Positions 1-9,885 of a stretch of DNA of 64,000 bases are shown here, piece after piece. The position numbers and the translations under genes were made by a program. This stretch comes from an uncultured Actinomycetes bacterium (GTDB lineage: Bacteria > Actinomycetota > Thermoleophilia > RBG-16-64-13): the NCBI GenBank assembly GCA_963841735.1, contig CAWJDT010000001.1, forward strand, positions 608,001 through 672,000, given 5' to 3'. A model generated the notes under the pieces. It saw only the letters and a program-made list of their open reading frames with translations. It had not been told where the DNA came from and made no database searches. Position 1 is the stretch's first letter. Each line of letters begins with the position of its first letter.

Positions 1-405
1 CCGGCTCCCAAAGAAGTTCCACGCTACCGACACGACGGCTGCAGCCAAGGCCTTGAACATGCGTTCAGCGGTCGATCCGGAGTCGAGCCAGATGCCCAGC
101 ACCTTGAACACCACTACATTGACCACCAAAGGTGGCAGATTGACGGCGAAGAAGATCGCGAATTCGCGCGCACCACGCGCAGACTTGGCGGCTCCGAACG
201 TCCAATACTTGTTCCAGAAGAAACTGTTGCAGATGCCCAGAACATACGAAATGCCCTTGGCCGCCGTGTGCGGCATGCCAGGTATCAAACCGAACAGATA
301 GAAGGCGCCCATATCGACCAGGGTGTTGATCAACCCTACGACTATGAAGCGGGCGGCTTGTCCCGTTATGCGATCACGATGCCAAAGTCTGCGTATGAGC
401 TCCAC
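1..405 (-). CDS. GtrA-family membrane protein (lipid-linked sugar flippase-like), 3' end beyond the window edge
   Basis: Absent from the ORF track; manual translation from GTG at 405 gives VELIRR...RFIVVGLINTLVD...NSFFWNKYWTF...AWNFFGSR, the GtrA pattern with four hydrophobic segments; frame open to position 1. Confidence 0.85.
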   Translation of the reverse strand, partial: MELIRRLWHRDRITGQAARFIVVGLINTLVDMGAFYLFGLIPGMPHTAAKGISYVLGICNSFFWNKYWTFGAAKSARGAREFAIFFAVNLPPLVVNVVVFKVLGIWLDSGSTAERMFKALAAAVVSVAWNFFGSR

Positions 406-504
406 GGTGCCCCAAGGTCCGCTATTTCAGCGCTGGCCGAAGGCAAGCGGGCTATATCGTAACATCCCGCCACCAGTTGCAGGGCCTTCTGCTAACATCG
501 GCCC

Positions 505-1872
505 GTGCTCCAGGCAGCTAAGAACAGGGTAGCGTTCCGCACCGTAGGGTGCCGGCTGAACCAGTGCGAGACAGCCCAGATGCAGGAGGCGTTACTCACT
601 GCGGGTTTCCGGCTTGTGGGTTGGGAGGGGCCGGCCGACATCCGCGTCATCAACACCTGCACGGTGACGGCCAAGAGTGACCGCACCTGCCGCCATGAGA
701 TCCACCTGGCCAAGCGCCTTGATCCCGATTGTGTGGTCGTCGTCACAGGCTGCTATGCGCAGGTACATCCCGCCGTGGTGGCCGCCATTCCCGAAGTCGA
801 CCTGGTTCTGGGTAACATCGACAAGCTCCGGCTGGCCGAGCAGTTGACCAGCCACTTCGCCGGACGTGGCCCGGCAGGCGCTCGGGGCGTCGCACCGACG
901 CCCAGCCCCACCGTCGCCGTTTCTCCCTATCCGGAGCACCCCACTTTCGAAGGTGAGTTCTTCTCCCAATTCCACGGCTACACCCGAGCCTTTCTTAAGA
1001 TCCAGACCGGCTGCGATTCGGGCTGCGCCTACTGCGTGGTCCCCCTGGCGCGCGGACCGGCACGCAGCATGCCTCAGGCCGCGGTGTTGCAGCAGGTGCG
1101 CCTTCTGACCGCTCGGGGCTACCGGGAGGTAGTGCTCACGGGCATAAACCTGGGGAGTTGGGGCAGCGACACAAGCGAAGGACCGCTGGCAAACCTGCTG
1201 GCTCTCCTGCTGGACGACCGGCCACCCGAAGACGACTCCGTCGGGCGACTACGTCTCAGCTCCATCGAGCCGCTGGAGGTTGACGCTCCCCTGCTCGATG
1301 TCATAGAAGGCGCGGGTGAACGCGTGGCACACCACTTCCACCTTCCCCTGCAAAGCGGCTCCCCCTCGGTTCTCTCCCGCATGGGCCGCCCCTACACCGC
1401 CGCGCAATACCTCGAGGTCGCGCAAACCATCGCCCACCGCTTCCCCGACGCCGCCCTCGGAGCCGATGTCATAGTCGGCTTTCCCGGCGAGACCGAGGCC
1501 GAGTTCGAAGAGACCCTCGCCCTGGTCGAGCGCTCGCCGCTCACCTATCTGCATGTGTTCGCCTACAGCGACAGAACCGGTACCCGGGCCTCTAGCATGA
1601 ACCCCAAGATCGCCCCTCAGACCATCCACGAACGCAGTCGGCTCCTGCGCGCTTTAGGGATGCAGAAGAATGATTCATTTCGCGGTAGGCTGAGTGCGAC
1701 CGAACAACGAGTCTTGGTCCTCAACGAGCGGGTGGCCGACGGTAGGCTGGTCGGGCTCACCGGCAATTACATGGAGGTCCTGGTGAGCGATGACGAGAGC
1801 TTGGTGAACCGCTTCGTCCGAGTGCGACTGGAGCGATGCCTTCCCGACGGCCGCTGGGAAGCGAGCATCTGA
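505..1872 (+). CDS. mtaB: tRNA methylthiotransferase (radical SAM, MtaB type)
   Basis: N-terminal [14 protein letters not shown] and VTGCYAQ motifs; radical [11 protein letters not shown]; [12 protein letters not shown]; LHVFAYS. Confidence 0.88.
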   Translation: MLQAAKNRVAFRTVGCRLNQCETAQMQEALLTAGFRLVGWEGPADIRVINTCTVTAKSDRTCRHEIHLAKRLDPDCVVVVTGCYAQVHPAVVAAIPEVDLVLGNIDKLRLAEQLTSHFAGRGPAGARGVAPTPSPTVAVSPYPEHPTFEGEFFSQFHGYTRAFLKIQTGCDSGCAYCVVPLARGPARSMPQAAVLQQVRLLTARGYREVVLTGINLGSWGSDTSEGPLANLLALLLDDRPPEDDSVGRLRLSSIEPLEVDAPLLDVIEGAGERVAHHFHLPLQSGSPSVLSRMGRPYTAAQYLEVAQTIAHRFPDAALGADVIVGFPGETEAEFEETLALVERSPLTYLHVFAYSDRTGTRASSMNPKIAPQTIHERSRLLRALGMQKNDSFRGRLSATEQRVLVLNERVADGRLVGLTGNYMEVLVSDDESLVNRFVRVRLERCLPDGRWEASI

Positions 1873-2375
1873 TGCGGCTTGTACTCCAGCGGGTTAGACA
1901 CGCCTCAGTGGAAGTCGACGGACAGACCGTTGGAGTCATCGGCTCGGGTCTGGTGGTATTCGTTGGGGTGGGCCGGGAGGACCTCTCCGGTCCTGACGGT
2001 GCCGCGTATCTGGATGGCGCCGCGTATCCGGATGGTGCCGCTGGCTCCGAAGAACGGGTGGCGGCACTAGCCTATAACGTCGCCACTCTGCGCATCTTTC
2101 CCGATGCCGAGGGCAAGACCAACCTGTCGCTGCTTGACACCGGGGGAGCCGCACTCGTGATCAGCCAGTTCACCCTGTACGCAGACTGCAGTCGCGGTCG
2201 CCGGCCGTCGTTCACCGACGCCGCCGATCCCGGCCCTGCCGAAGCGTTGGTGCTACAGTTTCGCCAAGCCCTCGATCGTCTGGGAGTCCCTACCGCCGCC
2301 GGGCGTTTCGGAGCCCACATGATTGTTTCCGTGGTCAACGATGGTCCTTTCACCGTCATCCTCGAAGGAGTCTGA
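1872..2375 (+). CDS. dtd: D-aminoacyl-tRNA deacylase
   Basis: MRLVLQRV start overlapping the mtaB stop; SQFTL and NDGPFT motifs. Confidence 0.95.
   Translation: MRLVLQRVRHASVEVDGQTVGVIGSGLVVFVGVGREDLSGPDGAAYLDGAAYPDGAAGSEERVAALAYNVATLRIFPDAEGKTNLSLLDTGGAALVISQFTLYADCSRGRRPSFTDAADPGPAEALVLQFRQALDRLGVPTAAGRFGAHMIVSVVNDGPFTVILEGV
1995..2042 (+). repeat. In-frame 18-bp tandem repeat (about 2.7 copies) inside dtd
   Basis: GACGGTGCCGCGTATCTG GATGGCGCCGCGTATCCG GATGGTGCCGCT encodes [16 protein letters not shown]. Confidence 0.85.
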
Positions 2376-2377
2376 CC

Positions 2378-3238
2378 GTGCGCCTGCCCGACTATCACAC
2401 CCACACGGTCCGCTGCGGTCACGCCATCGGAGAGCCCGGGGAGTATGTCCTTGCGGCCCAGAAGATGGGCTTGATTGGCATCGGCATCGCCGATCACATC
2501 CCGCTTCTGCCCGAGCCCGACCCTGAGATTTCCATGAGCACCGGAGATCTGCGGCACTACGTAGACGACGTGCAGGCTCTCAAGGCCGAATTCCCCGGTT
2601 ACGTGCTGCTGGGCGTGGAGGCGGACTACCGGCCCCAGACCTTGCCGGACGTGCGCTCCCTACTGCAAGAGTTCCCGTTCGACTACGTCATCGGCTCCGT
2701 GCACCACCTGGGCAATTGGAACTTCGACGACCCCCGACACATAGACGAATACGACGACCGCGACATCGACGAGGTCTGGATAGAGTATCTGGAGCTGGTG
2801 GGCGATGCCGCCGAATCGGGGCTCTTCACTATCTTGGGTCATCTGGATCTGGTGAAGAAGTTCGGCTACCGCCCCACGCGTGTGCTGGCGCTTGAGCTCG
2901 ACCACATGGTGGGCCGCATTGCCCGCTCCGGCACCCTTGTGGAGATCAATACCGCGGGCCTGCACAAACCGATCGCTGAAGCCTATCCCACGCTGGACAT
3001 CCTCCGCCGTCTCTGTGTCGCGGGCGTGCCCATCACCTTCGGTTCCGACGCGCACCGGCCTGAGCAAGTGGGCAGGGATTTCGCCCACGCCGTGGAGTTG
3101 GCCCAGGCGGCGGGCTACGAGGGCTTCGCCTCTCTGGAGGCCGAAGCCAGGAACAGCCGGGCTCGGGTGCGCACCAACCCCTTCGAACCACCGGCCGCTG
3201 CCCAGAAGCGGCGCCCCCCGCGACAAGCCGGCTCGTGA
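2378..3238 (+). CDS. PHP-family histidinol-phosphatase (HisJ/HisK type)
   Basis: DYHTHT..CGHA, ADHIP, GVEAD, DYVIGSVH, GHLDL and GSDAH motifs. Confidence 0.88.
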   Translation: MRLPDYHTHTVRCGHAIGEPGEYVLAAQKMGLIGIGIADHIPLLPEPDPEISMSTGDLRHYVDDVQALKAEFPGYVLLGVEADYRPQTLPDVRSLLQEFPFDYVIGSVHHLGNWNFDDPRHIDEYDDRDIDEVWIEYLELVGDAAESGLFTILGHLDLVKKFGYRPTRVLALELDHMVGRIARSGTLVEINTAGLHKPIAEAYPTLDILRRLCVAGVPITFGSDAHRPEQVGRDFAHAVELAQAAGYEGFASLEAEARNSRARVRTNPFEPPAAAQKRRPPRQAGS

Positions 3239-3251
3239 GGCCGGCGACCCT

Positions 3252-4148
3252 GTGAAGGCCGCGGTCATCTTCAACCCCTCCTCCGGCAGAAGACGGGGCC
3301 CGCTGATTGCCTCCGCCGTGGAGCAGGGCTTGGTCCAGCGCGGTCTTGAGGTCACGTTGCACCCCACCCAGGGCCCCAGGGATGCCACGGACATCGCCCG
3401 GAGTTCGGCACTGGAGGCCGACATGGTAGTCGCGGTGGGGGGCGACGGCACCGTGAACGAGGTCATCAACGGCCTCGCCGCCGCCCGAGAAACCCCCGGC
3501 GGAGCGCGGGCAGTGCTCGGCATAGTGCCGGCGGGGACGGTCAACGTGCTGGCTCTCGAACAGCGGCTGCCGTTTCGGGTAGACCAAGCCTGCGCGGTCA
3601 TAGCCGCCGGCAAGACCACCCGGCTCGATCTCGGCCGAGCCAACGACCGCCGGTTCGTCCTCATGATGGGCGCGGGCATTGACGCCCTCACGGTGCGGAA
3701 CATCGACCCTCAAACCAAGAAACGCCTCAAGGAGCTGGCGTTCGTGGGCACTGGACTCAAGCAGGGGCTCGCGAAAGAGGCCCCGTTCTTCTTGGTGCGC
3801 GCGAATGGACGCGAGTACCCGGCCACCTTCTGCGTGATGAGCAACTGTCACTACTACGCTGCCCACGTGAGCATCACCCCTGCTGCGTGCCCCACCGACG
3901 GGCTCCTCGATCTGATGATCTTCACCGGCACCACCCGCTCAAGTCTGGCGGCCTTCTGGCTGGGAGTCCCCAGTGGGCTTCACAACCGCAATCCTCACGT
4001 CATCCACGTCCGGGCGGAGAAGGCCCAGATGATGCCGTTCGAAGGCAGCGATGAGACCATCTGGCTCCAGACCGACGGAGAGTTGGCGGGCGAACTTCCC
4101 GTCACGGTGGAGATCGAGCCGCAGGCGCTGGAGCTACTCGTTCCGTGA
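3252..4148 (+). CDS. Diacylglycerol/lipid kinase family protein (YegS/BmrU-like)
   Basis: IFNPSSG, GGDGTVNEV, PAGTVN and QTDGE motifs; GTG at 3252 preferred over the longer ORF-track start. Confidence 0.9.
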   Translation: MKAAVIFNPSSGRRRGPLIASAVEQGLVQRGLEVTLHPTQGPRDATDIARSSALEADMVVAVGGDGTVNEVINGLAAARETPGGARAVLGIVPAGTVNVLALEQRLPFRVDQACAVIAAGKTTRLDLGRANDRRFVLMMGAGIDALTVRNIDPQTKKRLKELAFVGTGLKQGLAKEAPFFLVRANGREYPATFCVMSNCHYYAAHVSITPAACPTDGLLDLMIFTGTTRSSLAAFWLGVPSGLHNRNPHVIHVRAEKAQMMPFEGSDETIWLQTDGELAGELPVTVEIEPQALELLVP

Positions 4149-4870
4149 CCACGACACCCAAACGAGCAACGCCCATGCCGCAGCCCGAAGGCCCCCACCG
4201 TTCGGCGCTGACCAGCCGCAAGCCCGGGCTGAAGCGGCTCCGAACCGTGCTCACCATAGTGGCGGCGACGGTTCTGGTGGTGATGATCGCTCTGATAGCC
4301 AGAGCCTGCACGACCGACCCTGGCGACGACACGGGCGAACTCCAAGGGCCGCTGGCCTCCATCGTCACCGGTACCACCGACCAGTTGACCCCCGGCGAGG
4401 TCTCCACGGGCATCTCGGTGCTGCCCGCCCAGGGCCGACTGCAGCCTTCCGAAACGGAGTGGGCCCAGCTCCTGCCTGAACTCCAGAGAGTCGCCGCAGC
4501 TGCTCCCGACGATGCCGACGCCCAGCGCGCCTTGGCCCTGGCCTACTACAACCTGGGACAGCTCGAGGAGGCCCGGGCCATCTACGAGCGCCTGTTGACC
4601 GCCGCCGAAGACGCCGTGCTGCGCAACCGCTTGGGCAACACCCTGCGCGACATGGGAGACCAGGCGGCAGCCGAATCCGCCTACCGCAAGGCCATCACCG
4701 ACGACTCCACCTTGGCCGCGCCCTACCTCAACCTGGCCGAGCTGATATGGCGCCAAGGCGACGCCGCCAAGGCACTGGACGTCATCGAGCAAGGGCTCAC
4801 GTCCGTCCCAGAAGAAAGCCGCGCCGCTCTTGAAGCCGGGCGTGAGGCACTGGAGTCAGCCGCGAACTAG
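4145..4870 (+). CDS. Membrane-anchored TPR protein
   Basis: One N-terminal hydrophobic helix; repeats LALAYYNLG, LGNTLRDMG, LAELIWRQG. Confidence 0.8.
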   Translation: MTTTPKRATPMPQPEGPHRSALTSRKPGLKRLRTVLTIVAATVLVVMIALIARACTTDPGDDTGELQGPLASIVTGTTDQLTPGEVSTGISVLPAQGRLQPSETEWAQLLPELQRVAAAAPDDADAQRALALAYYNLGQLEEARAIYERLLTAAEDAVLRNRLGNTLRDMGDQAAAESAYRKAITDDSTLAAPYLNLAELIWRQGDAAKALDVIEQGLTSVPEESRAALEAGREALESAAN

Positions 4871-5009
4871 GGGCGCGTGGTGGCGCTGTGCGTAGCGGCA
4901 CCCGGTGGCGCCGTGCAGCTCCCCGGCCGACCATGTAAAGCTGAGGCCTCCTTATCGACGTAGTTAGGGCGCAACCGCAAAATACCGAAACAACGTTGCG
5001 CCAAAGGGG

Positions 5010-5582
5010 GTGGGCAAGACGACAACCGAGACTCTGATCAGTGAGATGCAGATACCCGCGCGAAGACAGGCCGTTCTTGACTCTGTGCAGACGGCTCGCT
5101 ACGAGGCGATCGTGCATCGCCAGAGCAAGCGTCTTATCCAGATGCTCGACATGATCTTCCTCGACCGGGAGCTTGCAGCCGACGCGGCCCAAGACGCCTT
5201 CGTGCAGCTCTATCTGCACTGGGACGAAGTGGGTGACGCAGCCGAGCCGGAGGCGTGGGTGTACCGGGTGGCTGTGAACCGCTGCAAGGACTACCGGCGG
5301 CGACTGGCCAGAGGGACACAGCTTCTGCGCCGTCTGGCCGCGGCGTCGCCTGCTCAAGTGGACGCGGAAGTGGCAGGCCCTGGTTGGGAGCCGGCGCAGG
5401 ACTTCGTCGCCGTTCTCCGGAGCCTACCGACTCGCCAGCGTACCGCGGCGGCCCTCTTCTATGAGGCCGACATGTCGATCGCTGAGATCTCACGCACCAT
5501 GGGGATCTCCGAAGGCGCGGTGAACAGCCATCTCAACCGAGCACGACGCACTCTCAAGCAGATGCTGGAGGCAAGACGATGA
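5010..5582 (+). CDS. ECF RNA polymerase sigma factor
   Basis: Region 2 DAAQDAF...WVYRVAVN; region 4 LPTRQR...EIS..MGISEGAVNSHLNRAR; start uncertain. Confidence 0.9.
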   Translation: MGKTTTETLISEMQIPARRQAVLDSVQTARYEAIVHRQSKRLIQMLDMIFLDRELAADAAQDAFVQLYLHWDEVGDAAEPEAWVYRVAVNRCKDYRRRLARGTQLLRRLAAASPAQVDAEVAGPGWEPAQDFVAVLRSLPTRQRTAAALFYEADMSIAEISRTMGISEGAVNSHLNRARRTLKQMLEARR

Positions 5583-7522
5583 ACATGAGAGAGACCCCAA
5601 CCACACAAGAATCCGCACAACATACCGACGCTGACATCCACGCGCTCTATCGGGACAACACCGAAGAGGTGGACGTGCAGCGCTTCACGGCGGGGCTGGG
5701 TGCCCGGCTCGCCTCCACCAAAACGCGGGCGAGGCGCCGCCCCGTGGTTTGCCGCGTCGCGGTCGCGGCAATCGCGCTGGTGCTCATGGCCGGCGTGGGG
5801 GTCGGCGCCTGGCAGGCATGGCAGCACCTGGGGAGAGATCGCCAAGACTTCCTCGTGATCGGCGACCCCATCGAGCCCACCACGGGGCCCGAGCAGGTGA
5901 CGCCTCCGTTCACGTACGAAGGCTCCCGGTCGATCTCCGAACTCAAGCTGAGCGAGATCTGGGCTCAAGCGGCCGCCACCTTCAACATCGACCCGAGCCA
6001 AGCTCGGCTTCAGACGCTGTACCTGTGTTGGGATCGCGACGGTCTGCTTTCTCAGTTCATGCTCGACGTGATCACGCCCGACGGGACCATGGTGATGTTG
6101 ACGGCGGGTGGGCTCCTCTGGGAGGGCCACGGCTTCAGCATCGAGGGCTGGACCCAGCACGAATTCAACACCTTCCGCATTAGTCCCTTTGAGCAGACCC
6201 TGCCTGCCCTACCGGCCGACCAAGTCCTCGCCAGTATCGATAGCGTCGGGCTCGCGGCGATCGCGGGGCAGACAGGGGTCAACCTCGAGGTCACCGCCGA
6301 GCGCGAAGACGCCTTCGACCCCGGAATGCGGGGCGTGGAGATCGCCGAGAAGCGCCTCGTGTGGTCATTCACAGCCGGTATTGCGCAAGACCCCCTCGCC
6401 CTAGCGGCCGGAGGTAGCGACATTGTGGGCGTCTCAGGCGGAAACATGGCTGCTCTCGAAGGCAACGACCTGACTTCCGCTTTGGAGCGTGCGAGCCAAT
6501 GGTGCACCCTCCAATTGGCCTGGGCATGGAAAGCCGCCTATGCGCCTGAACCAGAAGGGCCTCACGAAACGACGACCGGTGGCGTCAACGAGTTCGGCAC
6601 TCCGGCCGCCTATGTAGCAGTCGGCCCGCTCTCGACCGGGCAGGCCGGCGAAGGCGAGATAGTCGAGGCCGAACCCATCGACGCTCGACTCGATGGTCTG
6701 GCGTTCGTGAACGCCGACGGCCGCATCGCGCGCATCACCGGCGGCTCGGTGGATGAGATCGAAGGGACGACGTCGTGCGGCACAGGCGTGTCGTATTCTC
6801 TGGGCCATGACTGGCTGGTCTACAGCCCCGTGGAGCCATATGGCCCCGTGGGCATCGACGCGGTTCCCGCCGGAGACTCCGGAGAGACTCGGAGATTGCT
6901 CACCCACGAATCATCCAACACCGTCGTGAACGTCCGCTATGACGAGCGCGTGAGCCGAGTCTGGTTCGCCCTCTATGAGGACGGGGACACGTACTCACTC
7001 TGGACGACCAAGCCTCAGACGTCCGACCCGGTAGACAATCTTCTGATGCAGGGCGCCACGACCGACGACCCCGAAATGGCGCCGGTCTCTGTCCCACTGA
7101 ACCACGACTGCAGGGGCGACTTCGCCGTAGCCCCCGACGGGTCGACCGTCGTCTACCTGGGCCTCTGGGAGTCTCCGGTCAAGGCATTCCTCCGCACACA
7201 AGAGGGTGAGACTCAGCTTCCTCTGGGGTTGGCGACCGCCTACAGCCCGGTCTTTTCACCCGATGGCAGCAAGATCTGTTTCGTCGGCTCCAAAGAGGCC
7301 GCCGGTGAGACCAGCCTGTGGATCTACGACCTTCAGACCGATGAGTGCACAAAGCTAGAGGCCACAGAAGGCCTGGCGCCGACCTACCCGGTCTTCTCGC
7401 CCGACGGACAGCAGATAGCTTTCCGCAACTGGGAACTGAGAGACCTGTGGACTGTCGATGTGGATAGCGAGAGCCTCACGCGCTACGCGCTGCAGGTAGG
7501 CCAGACGCCCATCGCCTGGTAG
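5579..7522 (+). CDS. Putative anti-sigma membrane protein with a C-terminal TolB/PD40-like beta-propeller
   Basis: ATGA overlap with the ECF sigma; short cytoplasmic N-terminus, one TM segment, C-terminal PVFSPDG repeats. Confidence 0.65.
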   Translation: MNMRETPTTQESAQHTDADIHALYRDNTEEVDVQRFTAGLGARLASTKTRARRRPVVCRVAVAAIALVLMAGVGVGAWQAWQHLGRDRQDFLVIGDPIEPTTGPEQVTPPFTYEGSRSISELKLSEIWAQAAATFNIDPSQARLQTLYLCWDRDGLLSQFMLDVITPDGTMVMLTAGGLLWEGHGFSIEGWTQHEFNTFRISPFEQTLPALPADQVLASIDSVGLAAIAGQTGVNLEVTAEREDAFDPGMRGVEIAEKRLVWSFTAGIAQDPLALAAGGSDIVGVSGGNMAALEGNDLTSALERASQWCTLQLAWAWKAAYAPEPEGPHETTTGGVNEFGTPAAYVAVGPLSTGQAGEGEIVEAEPIDARLDGLAFVNADGRIARITGGSVDEIEGTTSCGTGVSYSLGHDWLVYSPVEPYGPVGIDAVPAGDSGETRRLLTHESSNTVVNVRYDERVSRVWFALYEDGDTYSLWTTKPQTSDPVDNLLMQGATTDDPEMAPVSVPLNHDCRGDFAVAPDGSTVVYLGLWESPVKAFLRTQEGETQLPLGLATAYSPVFSPDGSKICFVGSKEAAGETSLWIYDLQTDECTKLEATEGLAPTYPVFSPDGQQIAFRNWELRDLWTVDVDSESLTRYALQVGQTPIAW

Positions 7523-7537
7523 ACCACCGGGGGGAGC

Positions 7538-7569
7538 GTGGCGGCCACCGCAAACGCGGTGGCCGCCAC
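7538..7569. terminator. Perfect 14-bp stem hairpin between convergent genes
   Basis: GTGGCGGCCACCGC-AAAC-GCGGTGGCCGCCAC; no U-tract. Confidence 0.55.
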
Positions 7570-7641
7570 CGTTGCGTATACCGGCCGAGACGTCACCAGA
7601 CGTCGCCACGCCTAGCATCATCAACCCACCCGACTCGCCCT

Positions 7642-9762
7642 CTACCGGTAGTTGCGCCCCTTGAGAATGCGCCCCAGGATGGGGCCTCCGTCCGCCAAAG
7701 CGAGAGCGTTGATGCGGTCGCCGGCCTGGAGCCTTGTCTCCCCGCGTGCAACCATGGTCGTATCGCCCCTGATGATCGACACAATGACCGATGTAGCCGG
7801 CGGGTTGAGATCGCGCAAGGTTCGGCCCACCGCGGGATCGCCTTCCTCTAGAACGACCTCGAACGGACGCAGGCCGAACACGTGCTCCGCCCGACGCCGT
7901 TCGAAACTCACCCTGTGCCGGTCGCGCTTAGAGATGGCCGTGCCGTAGGCTCGGATGATGTCCTCACGCCGCAGGAGCCCTACGGGGATTTTGGGCTGTT
8001 CGCGCGCGACCACTGGTATGTAGCCCACCTCGAGCATCCCCGCCTGTTTGACCACCTCGTCGATGGTCTCGTCCGAGTATGCGGTCACCACCTCCCGCGA
8101 GCAGATGTCCTTGGCGGTGCCCGAGTCGATGCCCACGACGAGCGCCCGCTCCAGATCGCCCTGCGTGACCACCCCTTTTAGCAGACCGTCGGCAGCCAGC
8201 ACCATTGCGCCGCGGTGCCCGGTCTCCTGGAAGTATCGTTGCAGAGCCACGAGCGACATGCTCGGCTCGACGACCCCAGCCTTGTCCATGGGGGTCATCG
8301 CCTCGCCCACCCCGATGGCATGGAGCCGGCCGGCGCGATGCCCCAAGAAATCTATGCCCCGCTTGACCAGCTTGAGGGTGTAGATGCTCTCCGGCTCCAT
8401 TCGGGCCGCCAGGAGAGTGGAGATGACCGTGGCGAACATGAGGGGCAGCATTATCTTGTAGTCCAAAGTCAACTCGAACAGGATGACAATAGCCGTGACG
8501 GGAGCCCGAGCCGCACCGGCGAACACGGCGGCCATCCCCACGGTGGCATAGGCGCCACTGGTGGCCGTGACGCTGGGGAACAACGAGTGCATGATCCTTC
8601 CGTAGGCACTGCCCATCATCGATCCGATGAAGAGAGCAGGAGCGAACACTCCTCCGGAGAAACCCGACCCCAGAGTCAGAGAGGTGGCGACGATCCGCGC
8701 AAAGATGAGAAGCACCACCAGCCCGAAGCTGAACTGACCGATGAGGACGCTATCCATGGCCGCGAAGCCGGTCCCCAGGACCTGGGGCAGGAAGTAACCC
8801 AGCAGCCCGATCGCCAGGCCGGCGATGGGCGGTTTCATCCAGTTGGGTATGGTCCACTTGTCGAACATCGCCTCTGAGAAGTAGAGCGTGCGCACGAAGA
8901 GCAGCGCTACGAAAGCAGCCACTATCCCGAGGCCGAGGTACATGAACAGCTCCCAATTACTCACGAGATCGTAAGCGGGCACATGGAATGACGGATAGTC
9001 ACCCAGGAACAGCCGGCTCACCACACTGGCCGAGACCGAGGCGAACACCATGCTGCTCACCGCCCCGACGCTGAACTCGCCCACAAGCACCTCGAGCGTG
9101 AACATCACCCCGGCGATGGGCGCGTTGAAAGTAGCAGCGATACCTCCCGCGGCGCCGGCGCCGACTAGGGCGAGAATCCGCGGCCTACTGATCTTGAGCC
9201 ATTGCCCGAGAGTGGAACCGACGGCCGCCCCGATCTGGACAATCGGGCCTTCTCGTCCCGCCGAGCCCCCCGACCCGATGGTAATGGCCGAAGCTACGGT
9301 CTTCACGAGGATCACCATGGGTCGTATGCGGCCTCCCCGGGTCTCCATGGCGATCATGACCTCAGGGACGCCGTGGCCCCGGGCCTCGGGAGCCAAGAAA
9401 TGCACAAGAGGTCCCACGATCAACCCGCCGAGCACCGGAAGCACCAACACGTACCATCCGCCCAGGCCCGAGAAGGCCTTCGCACCTTCATCGAAGAACA
9501 GGCGCTGGCAGAGGGAGATGATCTCGATGAAGGCGACCGCGCCCAAGCCTGTGACAGCACCGACCACAGCGGCAAGCACCGCTGTACCGGGCACGTCTGA
9601 AGACCAGAAGCTCTTGACGAGACGACGCTGCCTGTCTAGGGTCGCCCGTCGGCCGACGGCGAGCCTTAGCTTCTCTTGTTCTGTTTGGTCGCTTGTCATG
9701 CGAAACGCTCGGTGTCTGTGCTCCCGGACGCGGTTGCCAGTGGGCAACCGCAAAAAGGGCAT
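7642..9762 (-). CDS. ClC-family chloride channel/antiporter with a CBS pair and C-terminal TrkA-C (RCK-C) domain
   Basis: GHGVPE, GREGP and GGVFAP signatures; CBS-like and RCK-C-like C-terminus; may start at ATG 9699. Confidence 0.92.
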   Translation of the reverse strand: MPFLRLPTGNRVREHRHRAFRMTSDQTEQEKLRLAVGRRATLDRQRRLVKSFWSSDVPGTAVLAAVVGAVTGLGAVAFIEIISLCQRLFFDEGAKAFSGLGGWYVLVLPVLGGLIVGPLVHFLAPEARGHGVPEVMIAMETRGGRIRPMVILVKTVASAITIGSGGSAGREGPIVQIGAAVGSTLGQWLKISRPRILALVGAGAAGGIAATFNAPIAGVMFTLEVLVGEFSVGAVSSMVFASVSASVVSRLFLGDYPSFHVPAYDLVSNWELFMYLGLGIVAAFVALLFVRTLYFSEAMFDKWTIPNWMKPPIAGLAIGLLGYFLPQVLGTGFAAMDSVLIGQFSFGLVVLLIFARIVATSLTLGSGFSGGVFAPALFIGSMMGSAYGRIMHSLFPSVTATSGAYATVGMAAVFAGAARAPVTAIVILFELTLDYKIMLPLMFATVISTLLAARMEPESIYTLKLVKRGIDFLGHRAGRLHAIGVGEAMTPMDKAGVVEPSMSLVALQRYFQETGHRGAMVLAADGLLKGVVTQGDLERALVVGIDSGTAKDICSREVVTAYSDETIDEVVKQAGMLEVGYIPVVAREQPKIPVGLLRREDIIRAYGTAISKRDRHRVSFERRRAEHVFGLRPFEVVLEEGDPAVGRTLRDLNPPATSVIVSIIRGDTTMVARGETRLQAGDRINALALADGGPILGRILKGRNYR

Positions 9763-9885
9763 GGGGTAGAAACAACGTTAGAGACTAGCCCACTCCGGTG
9801 CCCGCGACAACCGCTTCCACGGACCGGCGGCGATACCCCCGCCGGCGGCGCCCTTCGCGTCGGCCACGACGCGGCTGGTGACCCC

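Noticed and set aside
4969-5001. ECF autoregulatory promoter (AAC...CGTT) or short inverted repeat upstream of the sigma gene
   Set aside because: AAC-to-CGT spacing is 18 nt, longer than usual, and the 7-bp repeat could be chance
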